64,000 nt of DNA from Basidiobolus meristosporus CBS 931.73 (taxonomy: Eukaryota > Fungi > Basidiobolomycota). Location: the NCBI GenBank assembly GCA_002104905.1, contig MCFE01000301.1, forward strand, positions 1 to 64,000. The letters run 5' to 3'. A program made the translations under genes and the position numbers. The notes under the pieces are model-generated. The model did no database searches and was not told where the DNA came from. It saw only the letters and a program-made list of their open reading frames with translations. Positions within the stretch are counted from its first letter, which is position 1. Each line of letters opens with the position of its first letter. This document shows, piece by piece, positions 1 to 11,817 of this stretch.

Positions 1-1165
1 GCATGATGTTTTCAAGCTGTTCAGTTAGTTCTTCCTGATTTCTGCAGGCCTCTTCCAACATGGAAAGATTTGGATTGCTTGCTGCTGAGGTCATATTGTA
101 AAGCGGTTGAATGTAATGGAATTCAACAAAAAAATGTTGTATCCAAGAGAAAAGTGTAATAAAACTCTTGAATGAGTTAACTGAACCTAAGTGACAACTA
201 AGTGCAGAATCTTAAAATTGTCAAGAGTGACAGAAATATCAGCAGAGAGATTCTGGTCTAATATTGGTCTTATACATAGCTGAGTTGGGCTACAAAGGCA
301 ACAGAGTAGGTTTGCTATGTAAGCTAGGCTTGGTGTTCTTGAGAGTGATAGATATGCTAAGCTTGGGTAGAAAATAGAATGGATTTGTTGCATTCTTAAT
401 TTTGATGAGACACACATTAAACCAAAAGGTTCAGTAAACTTTATTTATACTTTTCTGATTGAGTTGCATTGGTAAGTGCCAAGATACTGGACTAATTGAA
501 ATCTGTTGGGGTGTTGGTAGGTGCATAAGATAAATGAAAATTGCATCATTAATCAGCTGATGTCTTGGCAACTGCTAAGTGGTTGGATAAATCTCAGATG
601 ACTAATCACTTGGAAAGGCTTAGCAGATCAGTTGAGGATGTAATGACCACATGAAAATTGAACAAGTGTGACAGCTAAAAATAGATTCTGAGAAGCAATA
701 AAATAAACCATAACAGGGATTAGTAATGTTTGGGTTAGGGAAAATCTGTTAGCGTATTAGATTTTCTAATGGAGTGAAATTGGCCAAGTTTTAAATGTTG
801 ATGCACAACACTTGTCATAAGTTAATAAAGATCTCACCATTTGGTAGCTTTCCTCCCACCTAACCCTAAGTGGCTTTCACTAAATTATTTATTGAATGTA
901 AAAGTAGTAGTTATACCTGGACATGGTCTTTGCATAATGTACATGTAAAATAGGTTTTGGAAGGTCCCAAGAACAAGTGTGCTAAGGTTGGGGCTGTTTA
1001 GACAACTTATCTAATATTCATGCTCTTGGTACTTAAAAATATGGTGAAAACATTTCAAGTATATCCTAAGAAGGAATTTGGTCAATATTTTCTAAGATTT
1101 ATGGGTAATGATCTAAGTGACTAAACCAGGTGAAGATTTATGTGGAATTAAAAATTTTTACAACA
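1..1165 (-). mobile_element. LTR-retrotransposon fragment in reverse orientation (5' LTR ~869-1165, leader, start of gag-like ORF at 94 running off the window)
   Basis: 869-1165 is an inverted, diverged copy of the LTR at 1509-1804 and begins TGTTGTAA on the minus strand at 1165. A minus-strand ORF from ATG at 94 (MTSAASNPNLSMLEEACRNQEELTEQLENIM) is open to the window edge. The gag identity is inferred from position only. Confidence 0.6.
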
Positions 1166-1508
1166 CAGTATACACCTTTCTTTGCTATAAAGGAGCAATA
1201 CCATGATATTAAAGAATGCAACTAATCAGAGCACTTTCCACCTTGGAGGCGGAATTTATAGCAATCTTTGAGGCCACAAAAGAAGCCATTTGACTAAGAA
1301 AGCTCTTTGAAGATTATGTTAAAACTAATCGCAGCTACTACACACTATATCACACAGGAAGCTATAGGGAATAACCTAGCTAGTTTAGTTTATTCTCCTA
1401 CAGAGTAAGCAGTTGCAGACAAATTGACAAAACCATTAGCTAGAGACAAATTTGAATATCTTATGTTGCAATTGGGACTAGTTAATATGAATATTTAGCT
1501 GAGTGGGG
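1166..1508 (+). mobile_element. Ty1/copia retrotransposon RNase H C-terminal remnant (pseudogenised)
   Basis: Translates as YTFLCYKGAIP*Y*RMQLIRALSTLEAEFIAIFEATKEAI*LRKLFED ... VADKLTKPLARDKFEYLMLQLGL. This matches the copia GAISW-SKKQ-ALSTTEAEY-KEAIWL and ADILTKPL motifs, with in-frame stops. It ends in a purine-rich tract (GAGTGGGG, 1501-1508). Confidence 0.9.
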
Positions 1509-1804
1509 TGTTATAAGTTATGTAATCGCACCTGAATGTTCACCTAACTTGGTCACTTAAATCATAGTGTACAAGTCTTAGAGTATTCTGTCCAAATTGC
1601 CTGCTGGGATTCACTTGGACTATTTTCATCAAACTATCAGGTACCCAGAACATGAAATATCTTGAAGTTATCCAAACAGCCCCAAACTTTGCGCACATGC
1701 TCCCAGAACCTATCTTAGCGTATTCTTCATGTTTGTGCTGTCAAGACCATGTAAAAGTGTAAATATTACTTTTACATTCAATAGATCATTATGTGAAAAC
1801 CACA
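1509..1804 (+). repeat. 3' LTR of the copia element (~296 bp, TG...CA)
   Basis: Starts TGTTATAAG directly after the polypurine tract. Homology to the inverted copy ends at ...GAAAACCACA (1804). Confidence 0.7.
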
Positions 1805-2441
1805 TAATCTACTTGTTCCCCCAATCACTTACAATATCTCCTAATTCTTACAATACTGAGTACCTGATATTTTGGGGAAATATTTTCAAGGAAATACAGA
1901 CAAAGAATTTGGGAAAGATATTCTAAGATCAATGGAATATAATCCAAATGGCCAGGTCAGCGTTGTATATTTTGGAATTACACTTAAATATTTCATTAAG
2001 GAGTGTAAATATCAAACTAACATTAGGTTGATATGGAATATACTACAAAGTTGCCAAGCTCAAGCGGAACATGTTGTAAGTAGCTTAACAACTATATTGA
2101 GTTATAGCGCAAGGATGAACATTCAGCACAGAGTTCTGACGAATGTCAGAAAAGCGTATTATGCAAAGAATAGAGGCGTATGGTAATAATAATTAATTAT
2201 TTAATATTTATGATGTCAGCAGATATTGCTATTCATACGAGTGCTTTGGCTGGAATGAGCATTTGAAACTGATCTCTAACTGAGACATCAACAAAACTCA
2301 TGTTTCTTATTCCATACAACTACGTTCAATATTCATTTGAAATGTGCCACTACATCGCTAGCATTTCCTGCGCCGCACTTCTTGGTTGGTTATATTCCCA
2401 TTTCACGGTTGGTGGTATCCTTTAGCAGCACCCTTGGAGCA

Positions 2442-2941
2442 ATGTTCCTCCAAAGATTGATTGTTGTTGCACTGGCTGGACTCTGCTACGCACACCCAGA
2501 GCCTGACCCGAACATATTTACTGATATAGGTCGAGGCTTCACCAATATCGGAAAAGGTATCGGCCGAACGTTCCAGGTAATAGGTGGTGGGGTCGGGCAA
2601 GGCTCAAAACCGTAACGAACACTGTGGGCATGGTTATCGGGCTACCAGTTGAACCGCGGCGCCTCCCTACGAACCTGGTCACCGAAGTGCTTAACACCCC
2701 TACCTGTGTGCAATGCTTAAAAACGGTACTCCCGAGTTGCGCCGACTTGGTCAAGCATCCTAACGACGTGACTCCGGGGAAGATACGACAGTGTATATGT
2801 AGTCCAAAGATGGTTGCCATATATGACACATGTCTGCAATGTCCCGCTGTTAAGGATGTGGCTCAGAAGCAACGGATAATCCCGCCTAATGGCAAAGTAT
2901 TTAAACATATCTGTGACTTGGTGAAATCATTTGTGGGCTAG
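2442..2941 (+). CDS. small secreted protein: signal peptide, HPEPDP pro-segment, amphipathic Gly-rich helix, 8-Cys domain
   Basis: ATG at 2442 gives MFLQRLIVVALAGLCYA. A phase-1 intron 2557-2648 (GTATCG...CCAG) joins it in frame to the ORF 2624-2941, which has the pattern CxxC..C..CxC..CxxC..C. Confidence 0.7.
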
Positions 2942-3211
2942 GGGATATATTCGATTGATTGTAATAAACCTTAGTATCATGTTGACCTCCATTCCTAACC
3001 ATAGGTGAGTTTAGTTTCATAAATGGTTCTTCGGGGAGCTCCATACCATTGACAGGGATGGTGGTGGTGAGATAAGGTAAATACCAAGTGAACCATGCCC
3101 TAGTGTATGCGCAACCAAGTAGGAGTGGAAATGATGACAATCAAGGAAGGTGGCTATAACCTAACGCTTATAGTACAATAAAGATTTGAAACTTATGTAT
3201 AACTGCACTGG

Positions 3212-4272
3212 CTAATGCTTTGCTACATTATTCAAAAAGTCAGCAAGAGGCTGAGATGCAGCTCTCACTGGTCTTTGTTTGAACAAGGCATCAATGACCA
3301 CTTCAGAAGTAAGGTTTCTAAGCCTAAACCGAGGTTAGAAGTGGACTTGCTTGGATTAACACTCTCATCTCCTTACCATAGCTTATGCTCGTCATGAAGC
3401 TGAGATGTCTCGCTCTCATTGATATCGGTTTTTATCTTATCAAAGCGAGTCTCAATCTTCGATTTGAATTTTAGAAATCCGCCACCGACTTGGTTCAAGC
3501 ATTGCTAATAAAGTTGTCAGATTAATTTTGCAAAATGAGAGTGGCAAGGCTTACATATAAAAGTGCCAGCTGATGTGCGATGCACTTATGATCCTTTAGC
3601 TCTATATCTTTCTGCAGTTGTAGTGCAGTAGAGACCACTTGGTTCATTACCGACATGTGCGAAAAATGTTCTATCCTCCATTATTAGCAATGAAATCAAC
3701 TCTATTCGCCATGTATGTGCAACAACCTTGGACATCATAATCAGGCTTCTCCTGCACTGCTGTGTCATTCCCCAGACGGGAACTGACTCTCGGATAGATG
3801 GATCCCAGACCAGTGTCTTTTATATATTCCTAACGTTCAAATACAAAAGGTTTAGTACATGGTGTTTATGAGAGCCTTGAAGCACTCTACTTGGGCTGTC
3901 TGATACTTTTCACTTCTTCTGTGAATCAGTTGTTCGAGTTCTTGAAGTATACCATTTATAGTATCAGATAATTAGAACGACTCTAAGCAAAGTAAATTTA
4001 ATACCAGGGTCAATTGGAACATAAACACTCAGGCCTAACCTTTTCCTCCTTAAGCAGCACGAGCTCCAATGCCTGCACTAAGGCTAGGACTTGTTGGCCT
4101 AGCTGGCGTCGTCTGGAGCTCTGACTGATAATCAGAGGTTCGTCTAGGTATAACTCCACTAAGGAACGGTGAGTACCTTGGTTTTGCATCAGAAATGAAA
4201 AGTCATACCACGTGGTACCTCATCTAGGGGGAATACACTAACTAATGGGAAACTACAAGAAAGCTTACTCAT
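3212..4272 (-). CDS. uncharacterised ~8-exon helical protein (missed by ORF track); one apparent 1-nt frameshift near 3970
   Basis: Phase-consistent GT-AG exon chain: MNEVPRVELYLDEPLII...QQVLALVQALELVLLKEEK / ...ILQELEQLIHRRSEKYQTAQ / EYIKDTGLGSIYPRV / EHFSHMSVMNQVVSTALQLQKDIELKDHKCIAHQLALLY / QCLNQVGGGFLKFKSKIETRF / WLRNLTSEVVIDALF...AKH*. Confidence 0.7.
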
Positions 4273-4412
4273 GCCGTGGTAAAGGGTCAAAGTAACGAGG
4301 CAAAGTCAAGCCTAAGCCTAATCTAGCGACACGGCCAATTTGCTATTAGCAAATCATAATGATTTATTATCGATGATATATACATCGTGACATATTCCAA
4401 AATATATGCAGA

Positions 4413-4874
4413 TTAAATGGGAACTCGCTTGTCCCAATAATATTTCCTCTGGATCAATTCCTCGTGGAGGGATCTCTTGACCTCGTCGAAGGTTACTTTA
4501 TACTCCTCGACGTAGGCATCAAATAGATTTTCCAAGTTATCCGTGTCTTTGTCGACCATGGCCTCGTACTCCTCGGAGCCCCTCTTCAGGAGGACAGACT
4601 TGGCTTTGTTCCATTGTCGACGTAGCGTACGGTTGGTAAGGAATATATCCTTCAAACGCTGCATTGTCTTCCTGAACACCTTGTACGTCCTGATCTGGCC
4701 CTCCTCGGCATTTCCTTTGATCTGTTCTAGCTCCTTGCCACTCTCCTTGAAGAAATTGTAGTTTTGAAGAGTGATCTTTTTGTACTCTCTCACCAAGTCC
4801 TTGTGGCTGCGCGATGCAGCCTCTATGGTCAGAAGAAGCGCTGAGAGGACTAGCAAAAGCTTCAAGAATAACAT
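4413..4874 (-). CDS. secreted, Cys-free, highly charged all-helical protein of unknown function
   Basis: Single-exon ORF. ATG at 4874 gives the signal peptide MLFLKLLLVLSALLLTIEA, followed by an E/K-rich helical body. Confidence 0.75.
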   Translation of the reverse strand: MLFLKLLLVLSALLLTIEAASRSHKDLVREYKKITLQNYNFFKESGKELEQIKGNAEEGQIRTYKVFRKTMQRLKDIFLTNRTLRRQWNKAKSVLLKRGSEEYEAMVDKDTDNLENLFDAYVEEYKVTFDEVKRSLHEELIQRKYYWDKRVPI

Positions 4875-5268
4875 GATAAACGAGCGAGATGGCAACGACC
4901 GAGAGGGAAGTCAGCATGGTATTTAGCTTCTACTGTTTCATTTGCAACGTGGCCGGAATGTTTAGACCTGGAGCGGGATGTGATAGGAAGTGTTTCACCA
5001 TTCACCAAATTCTTTGGACTAATTGTAACTGGTGTTTCATGACCTTGCTAGCTCCCGATGCAACATAGTTTCAGCCACCAACGAACTTGGACAAAGCGAT
5101 AAATGAAATGCGCGAAATGCGCGAAATGCTTGATATAGCCCAAGATATGTCAAGTGATATTTACTACTCGACTGGTTTAATCATATAAACACAAAGTACA
5201 ATCGTCGAAATTTCTATTGATGATGAGGTAAGGACTGGAAAGCGATGTCTACTTAGGGATACAGTCAG

Positions 5269-8200
5269 CTACCAGCTATAGTCAAATCTCGATAGAGTCT
5301 CTGTGGTGTCTTCAACATCCTTTTGTGCTTTCTTGCGCATGTAGAAGATCGGGCAATCTTTACTTGTACAAAGGACCTCTTGATGTAAACTCCCCTGGCA
5401 TCTCTGGCATTGAGTCCACAAACGTGAAAATCTCACTTCCATCTCGTTGACTATATCCAGTTGCTTGTAGTACAGCTCCGTCTCTCTCGACTTGCAATGG
5501 ACACAAACTGCATGCTCCGTTTTCTTTAAAGGCGATTTACAGCCAAGGCAAAGGGCGGTTTTGACCGCGAATTTCATGAGGCCTCCAGTAGTTGGTGTTG
5601 AGAGCTGGATTGCTCGTGTATGGTCACCGTTGAGTAGACTATCTGCCTTCTCCCCCAGAATAGGTTCGAAGATACGAAGAAGTGGTTTCGACAGTTGGTT
5701 GTCAAGATAATATCTGGTGTCGATGGGTACGTTGTGTTCCAATACATACAGCGGATCCTCGGATTTTTCATATGCAGCAGCACCCTTTGAGCCTTTGATA
5801 ATTACGTATGCGACACGATCACCTAGCGTTGGTGCCGAACCAGCATCACGCTTCCTCATTCTCTCTGCCAACTCCACGTGAGCTTGTTTACCCGCATAAT
5901 CAGTTTTACTTAACGCCTTCGTAATAACCAACTGCGACATATCGATCTTGTTCTGTAGTAGATCAGAAATGATCTGCTTGGTGTAGTCCAAGGCCGCTTG
6001 GACGTCTCGATCAATCAGAATTTTGCGAAGACAGGTCGTAATAACACTAGACACCAGTCGACAGTTATCTCTTCGAACGGTCTAGAAATATGGGAAGTGG
6101 TCCCGTAAGGTTAGGACATCGATCCTTACGAGATATATATATATGTTGGCTTACCTCAATACCCTTGGTGTCCATCTTGTCCCACTTGTTAGGATTGGTC
6201 CAATAGAGACCAGCATATCTCTTCTTACTAATTAGGAGGTAGGGGAAATACGCCTTTTCGAATTCCAGATTGATTGGCTTGATGAATTGAGCTGTGACCA
6301 CGCCTGCAGCTTCGTTACCTGTTCGAAATAAGAGGATAAGTCACGGATGAGTAGAGAACCTTATCCGACGGTGCGTACCCAACTTCATTGCCTCTTCCAA
6401 ATCAGTTGTGCCGAATTTAATCATCACTGAATCAGTATCACCATAAATGACTTTGGCGTCGTGGGTGTATCCATTGGCAATAGTAAAGTGTTCCTCGACA
6501 ACCTAGTCGAAACCGTTAGTCTCTTCGGCAGTGATGTGGGAGCCAACACACGGTACCATACCTGTTTGGTCTTTTCGATCATCGTTCTACCATAAGCAGT
6601 CACACTTGATGAGATCTGTAGGCATGGAAGTTTACCGACGGTGGCGCCGGTGAATCCATATACGGAATTGGCACTGATCTAAATTAGGAAAATTGTAATC
6701 AGCGTGGTTTCATCACAAAAGCGAATCATTTAGGGAAGACCTTCAAAGCTAGCTGACGGCCATCCAGCACAGCTTTCTTGAATGGGTCAGTTTCCTTCTT
6801 CAAGTCAGCCTTGGCTCTTTTTCTTGCAGATAGAAGATCCTCCAGAATAGTCGGTAGCAAGCCCTTTCTTTTGCTGGTCTTTACAAACGCATCTAAAAGT
6901 AAAGCAGGGTGTTATTTGGGGTTTGTGGTCAACAGGACCAGTGCATGCTTCACGTACCATTGTTAGGGGTTACTGAGTAGTCCACATCTTTCTGGAGGTT
7001 GTATTTACTAATGGTTGAGGGATTGAGAAGGGTCGTGTAGCACAGGTTATGTGCCATCATAATTGATGGATACAAGGAGTTGAAATCGAGAGTAGCGATA
7101 GGAACATGATAATATCCTTTCACTGGCTCAATGACAGTGGCACCTTCGTAGGCCTCTTCAGAGCCTATATTTGCAAGAAGATCAGCATGTGCATCCACTG
7201 CCGCCACCCCATAGATACCCCTCTTACCTTCTGATTTCATGGCAGGCACGACCAGGTCCTGCTGAATGGCCTTTCTGTACAGCTGTGATACAACCTTGAT
7301 TTGCTGGCCTCGCGACAAGAGATAGTTGAACGGGACACCGGTCACACGAGCCATTTCGATGTAATTAATCAAACACATCAGCTTGTCCATTAGTCGCTGG
7401 GGTAGATAAGCATCCTATAGGTGATAGGACTCAGCTCAGTCATCTTGGGCAGACTTACGATTGAGCAATTAGCCAATACCTTCAAACAGTAGACAGCCAA
7501 TCTTCTACGAGTCTCATCATTTCCATTTTGCAGTTCAGTAATGATGGAATGATGTACATCCTCCTTTTGCTCACCCAAGAATTGGGCACAAACGGAGTTC
7601 AGGGTATACGAACGGAGCTTGTAGTCCCGTTGCATGACCTGCAAGAGATCCAACTGGATTCGACCTTCCATGTTGACTGCTTTGTTTTCACGCGTTCCGT
7701 AGGCACGAGACGAGAACCTGGTGTCTCTGACTTGACTCTGAATGACTAGAGAGAAAAAAGAGATGTTCGTTCACCTCGATGCTTCGCGATGCTTTCGTCG
7801 TGAACTTACATTTCATACGCCCAAGGTAAGCAAAGTTGTCCACCTTGAGGTGAGCGGCTCGGTCTAAGAGGTAGGGTAAATCGAAGTTTGCAATATTGTA
7901 ACCTATAACGACATCTGGATCGATCTGATGTGCGCACTTTTAGTTGAGATCGATTGGAAGCGGTATCGTCCACAACTCTCCTTACCTCGACTAAAAAGTC
8001 CCTCCATTTGGACAACATCTCTGCTTCGTCCTGGAAAGAGAATATCTCTGTTCCGACTATGGATGCGCATGTATCCAGGGTAAAAACATTCTTGATGAAC
8101 GGCTTGGACTGGCCTGTTGGCAATGGAGATTAGGAGAGTGGTTCTTGATGTACTTGTTGATAGCCAGTCATACCTTGCACCGTCACCATGCTGGCAATCT

Positions 8201-9519
8201 GAATCACCGGATCCATGCTTGCTTCGGGAAAAACACCTTTACGGCCTGCGCATTCAATATCGAAGCTGAGGATACGCAGAGGAGCTACGTGTGACCAGTC
8301 TCCAACAGGCTCGTGGCTTATCAATTTGTCGTATCTGACGGGCCTGTATTAGTCCTGCGCGCCGTTTGCTCAATCCAATCACGATACTTACTTGATTTCA
8401 AGCTCTAGCTGGCAATTCGTTGAGTTGTCTGATAAGACTCTGTATGATTTCGGCGGAAGCTCAATCCAGTTTATCCCGTAGATCTAATATGATATGTAAG
8501 CGAAGTACAAGCTAGAGTCAAACGGGCTGCTTACGTGACAGTCGATCATGAAACGTAGGATGTATTCAAGGTTACTTTCGTAGGTTTGGCACGCATATGA
8601 AGGGAATTGACCGAAGGTGATTCCATGCTCTAAAACGCGTGTGAAGAGTGAAGGCCAATGGTGATTTGTGGGTGTTGAGTATGAAACCCTTGATTGAAAA
8701 ATGGATATGTTTTGTGGTCGCTACAAGCTTTGGGAAAGCTAGCTCAATTCTCAAGAACGGGACCTTGGTATTTCCATGAAAGCCATATATGCTCTCCTTC
8801 ATTTGGATATATACCTCCCGCACTAAAGTATTGATCTTATCTTTTTGTTCGTTCTTTACTGCTTGCTGAACGATAATGGATAGACAGATTGTTAGTTACC
8901 ATACAGAGCGTATGGAATGCAACCAGGGGGCAATACCTCTAAGGCCATCTTGAACTCTGGAATATGCGACTCGGTAAAGCCTTGAGGCGCAGGTATATAA
9001 AAATAAGGAAAGAAGCCTCGCACATGGCAGGTGATACTATTCCCTTTCTATCGGCAACAGTAACAAGTTAGGTTACCAAACATTCCACTAGTGGGATTCT
9101 GGTTTCAGTACCTCAGTCACACCAAATAGTCGAATTGTGGGCTCGTTAGTTTGTGAATCAACATAGTCATCGGCTTCGATCTGTTGAAATACTTTGTACA
9201 GACAAAGCTAAATCAGCTATTTTTTGTCAGACCATAAGAGACGATAGACTCACTTATGCTATCGGTGGCAGGATTTATCTTGGGTAGGTTTGCTCGTTTC
9301 CATACATTTTCATTGGGATCAACTGTAAAAGTCAACCTTGTTTAGCAACCCCCAAATGAACAAGATCTTTCATAACACACCTATAGGATTTTGCGAGAGC
9401 AATTCCAAATCTTCTTCGAAGGAAGAAGGTACTCGAGTGCCTAAGGCTGGTGCTTGTTGGCCGCCAACTTTTCTTTTCTTTAGTGCTGGTGAAAGTATCT
9501 CGCCCGGCTTTACAGACAT
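5269..9519 (-). CDS. POL3: DNA polymerase delta catalytic subunit
   Basis: Multi-exon. Contains [52 protein letters not shown] and KKRYAGL motifs, plus C-terminal CysA/CysB (CLGC..CVHC, CQRC..CTSKDC). ATG at 9519. Confidence 0.98.
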
Positions 9520-9817
9520 CTTTGGAAATTGGAAAGTAATCTAGCGAATACCAAGGTGGACTACGGTCAAGCAGGCTTGATTTGTTTATGTTCAAGAGAA
9601 ATGTAAATACAAAATAATCGACGAATATTTATTTTGATTACTGATTTCAACGACACAGCCAGGCGCAATCTGCCATCAGCATCGTCGGTGAAATCAGGAA
9701 ATCCAAAAAATATCCGGAACTCCAGGAAAATCTCCAATTTTCGAAACCAATATCACCGGCCACCTTCTACGCACAAACGCTTCCCTCTCCAGATAAAATT
9801 AGAAATCACAGTTCGCT

Positions 9818-11084
9818 ATGTCTGCAGAAGCTGATGTCAAAAACCAAGCTGCGCAATTCTGGTCGGAGTTTAAACTTGCAAAAGAAGGCATTGACTTGTC
9901 AATAATATGTCCCTAATATACCAATACTTACCTTTTTACGTAGACATCGAACACAAATTAAATCAACTCGAGCTGCTTCCAAAGACCCAACTGCCTGATT
10001 CGTTTGATTCTATACTTCAAACCATCACAAATCTTGAGAAACAGGTCAATGAGGCTCTGGTCTACATTCCTGCTTATGACGAAAGAAAATATCGACAGGT
10101 ATGGATTCACTACCGAAATTGGGAGGCGGCCGATATACTTAGTTTTCCAACGAGCTAGTCGTTAAAGGAATTGAGTGCAACATACACAGTCAAGAAATCC
10201 CAGTTAACGCCCAAGAGTAAGTTTTCCTTCAAATCAAGACGGGGAAAACCAACCGAGAAGCCTAAAGCTAGTGAAGACCAGGCTAAGCCTACACAACTTG
10301 GTTAGTGCTCCGATGGACTCGTTATACTTTGATGCGTATCTAAATAGCTATCCAACCTCCTCCACACAGCCCCCGCCAATAAGGCTCAAGCGAATTATAC
10401 ATTTGCCGACCAAAACGGCTCGTACCTCAACCTCGACTCCTCGGTCAACAACGCCGATTCGCAGTCGAAAGATTGTCTATTACACAATCTACGGAACTGC
10501 ATTGTCAATCTAGTATCGGAGACACCATTGACTGCACTATTGATTGACACATTAGAGAATTGCGTGGTGCTGTGTGGCCCTCTTGCTGGGAGTCTGATCG
10601 CACACCGAGTGAAAAACTGTGTTCTGGTGATAGCATGCCATCAGGTAGACAGATAGGATTCTCTACACCCGCACCAGACTTATACTGACGCTGATAGCCA
10701 TAGTTTCGCTTGCACGAATCGACCAATCTAGAGATATATCTCCATGCAACCAGCCACCCAATCATTGAGGATTCAACGCAGCTGAGATTTGGCAGATATA
10801 ACCTGGATTGTGAACACATGGACTCTTTATACCAAGTAACATCTTCTAGATTCTAATCCACTCTCATCGTTGCTTATCTGTCGGAATCCTAGGCGTCTGG
10901 TCTTAATCGAGATGTGAACATGTTCTCCGAAGTAGAAGACTTTAATTGGCTGAAGAAAAGCGAGTCCCCCAATTGGACGTTAATCCCCGATATCTCTGTA
11001 CCAGCCTCTTGGCCACTTGAGCAACCGGCCAACATGAAAACCACTTTACTTGAACTGCTACCAGCAAAGTTCAATGATGCCTAA
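9818..11084 (+). CDS. TBCC: tubulin-specific chaperone C (tubulin folding cofactor C)
   Basis: N-terminal helical domain (QAAQFWSEFKLAKEDIEHKL), beta-helix exons with ACHQ/FRLH motifs, and the C-terminal VEDFNWLKKSESPNW motif. Head-to-head with POL3. Confidence 0.9.
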
Positions 11085-11169
11085 TAAACAAGCGACTGAA
11101 ACCAACTCCGTCGCTTAATCCTATAGTAAGGCAGCTTCACACTCATGGTCCTAGGTAAGTACTAGATTC

Positions 11170-11721
11170 CTAGCCAAATATGGAGCCTTGTACGACATTG
11201 CTTATCAACAAAGCTCTTCCATAGAATAAATCTTCGTATTGTTTCCTATAATACCACGACTGATTCCAGCTCCTTACAAGCGCCAGAACGTGCTAGGATA
11301 ATCCCCAGCAGGAAACGATTTGGGCTGGTGCTAGTGTTCGTCGGGCTATTTTCAGAAGGACAGAATTACAAAGAGCCAATGTCCAAGTGCTTGGGTAGTA
11401 CTTGAGACACCCAAGGTACATTACTTCGAGGTATTCCTGAATTAACCAGTCTTGGAAAATCATCGAATTTCGCATACTATCGTGATTGCCCTCAAAAAAT
11501 TTCAACGCTCCATTGTTCGACAATGAATCTGTTTTATGCTGAAGAATGGGGGACTTCAACGTGGTTTACTTCGCGCCCTTGACAATCAAACTTTATTTTG
11601 AATTTTCTCCCATCTTTATCTATATATTAACTTTCCAACCACAAAATATCGGTTGCTGTCGTGTCCTTGGTATTCCTTACCACCTCAATCCTACCGTTAA
11701 TTTTAACTGCACTTCTCGCAT
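11170..11721 (-). CDS. possible small multi-exon hypothetical protein with very short introns
   Basis: Phase-consistent chain DGRKFKIKFDCQGRE/HKTDSLSNNGALKFFEGNHD/RIPRSNVPWVSQ/HQPKSFPAGDYPSTFWR/LKQYEDLFYGRALL..IFG*. It requires 31-32-nt introns and the first exon junction is unresolved. Confidence 0.35.
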
Positions 11722-11817
11722 TAAATACACTTAATATTTACTATACAACAGCTAGTGCTTTTGTTGTACGAACATAATTGACTTCCCTGAGTGTTTCGTG
11801 GAAGTTTAAGCCATAGA

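Noticed and set aside
842-868. TGGTAGC primer-binding-site-like motif and CCTAACCCTAA telomere-like motif
   Set aside because: The PBS-like 7-mer is on the wrong strand relative to the adjacent LTR. The telomere-like match is under two units and likely chance.
1872-2186. 104-aa ORF downstream of the LTR
   Set aside because: There are no recognisable motifs and it lies in AT-rich TE-flanking DNA, so it cannot be supported as a gene.
5103-5129. Short tandem repeat (gaaatgcgc)x2.5
   Set aside because: It is too short to interpret, and likely replication slippage in intergenic DNA.
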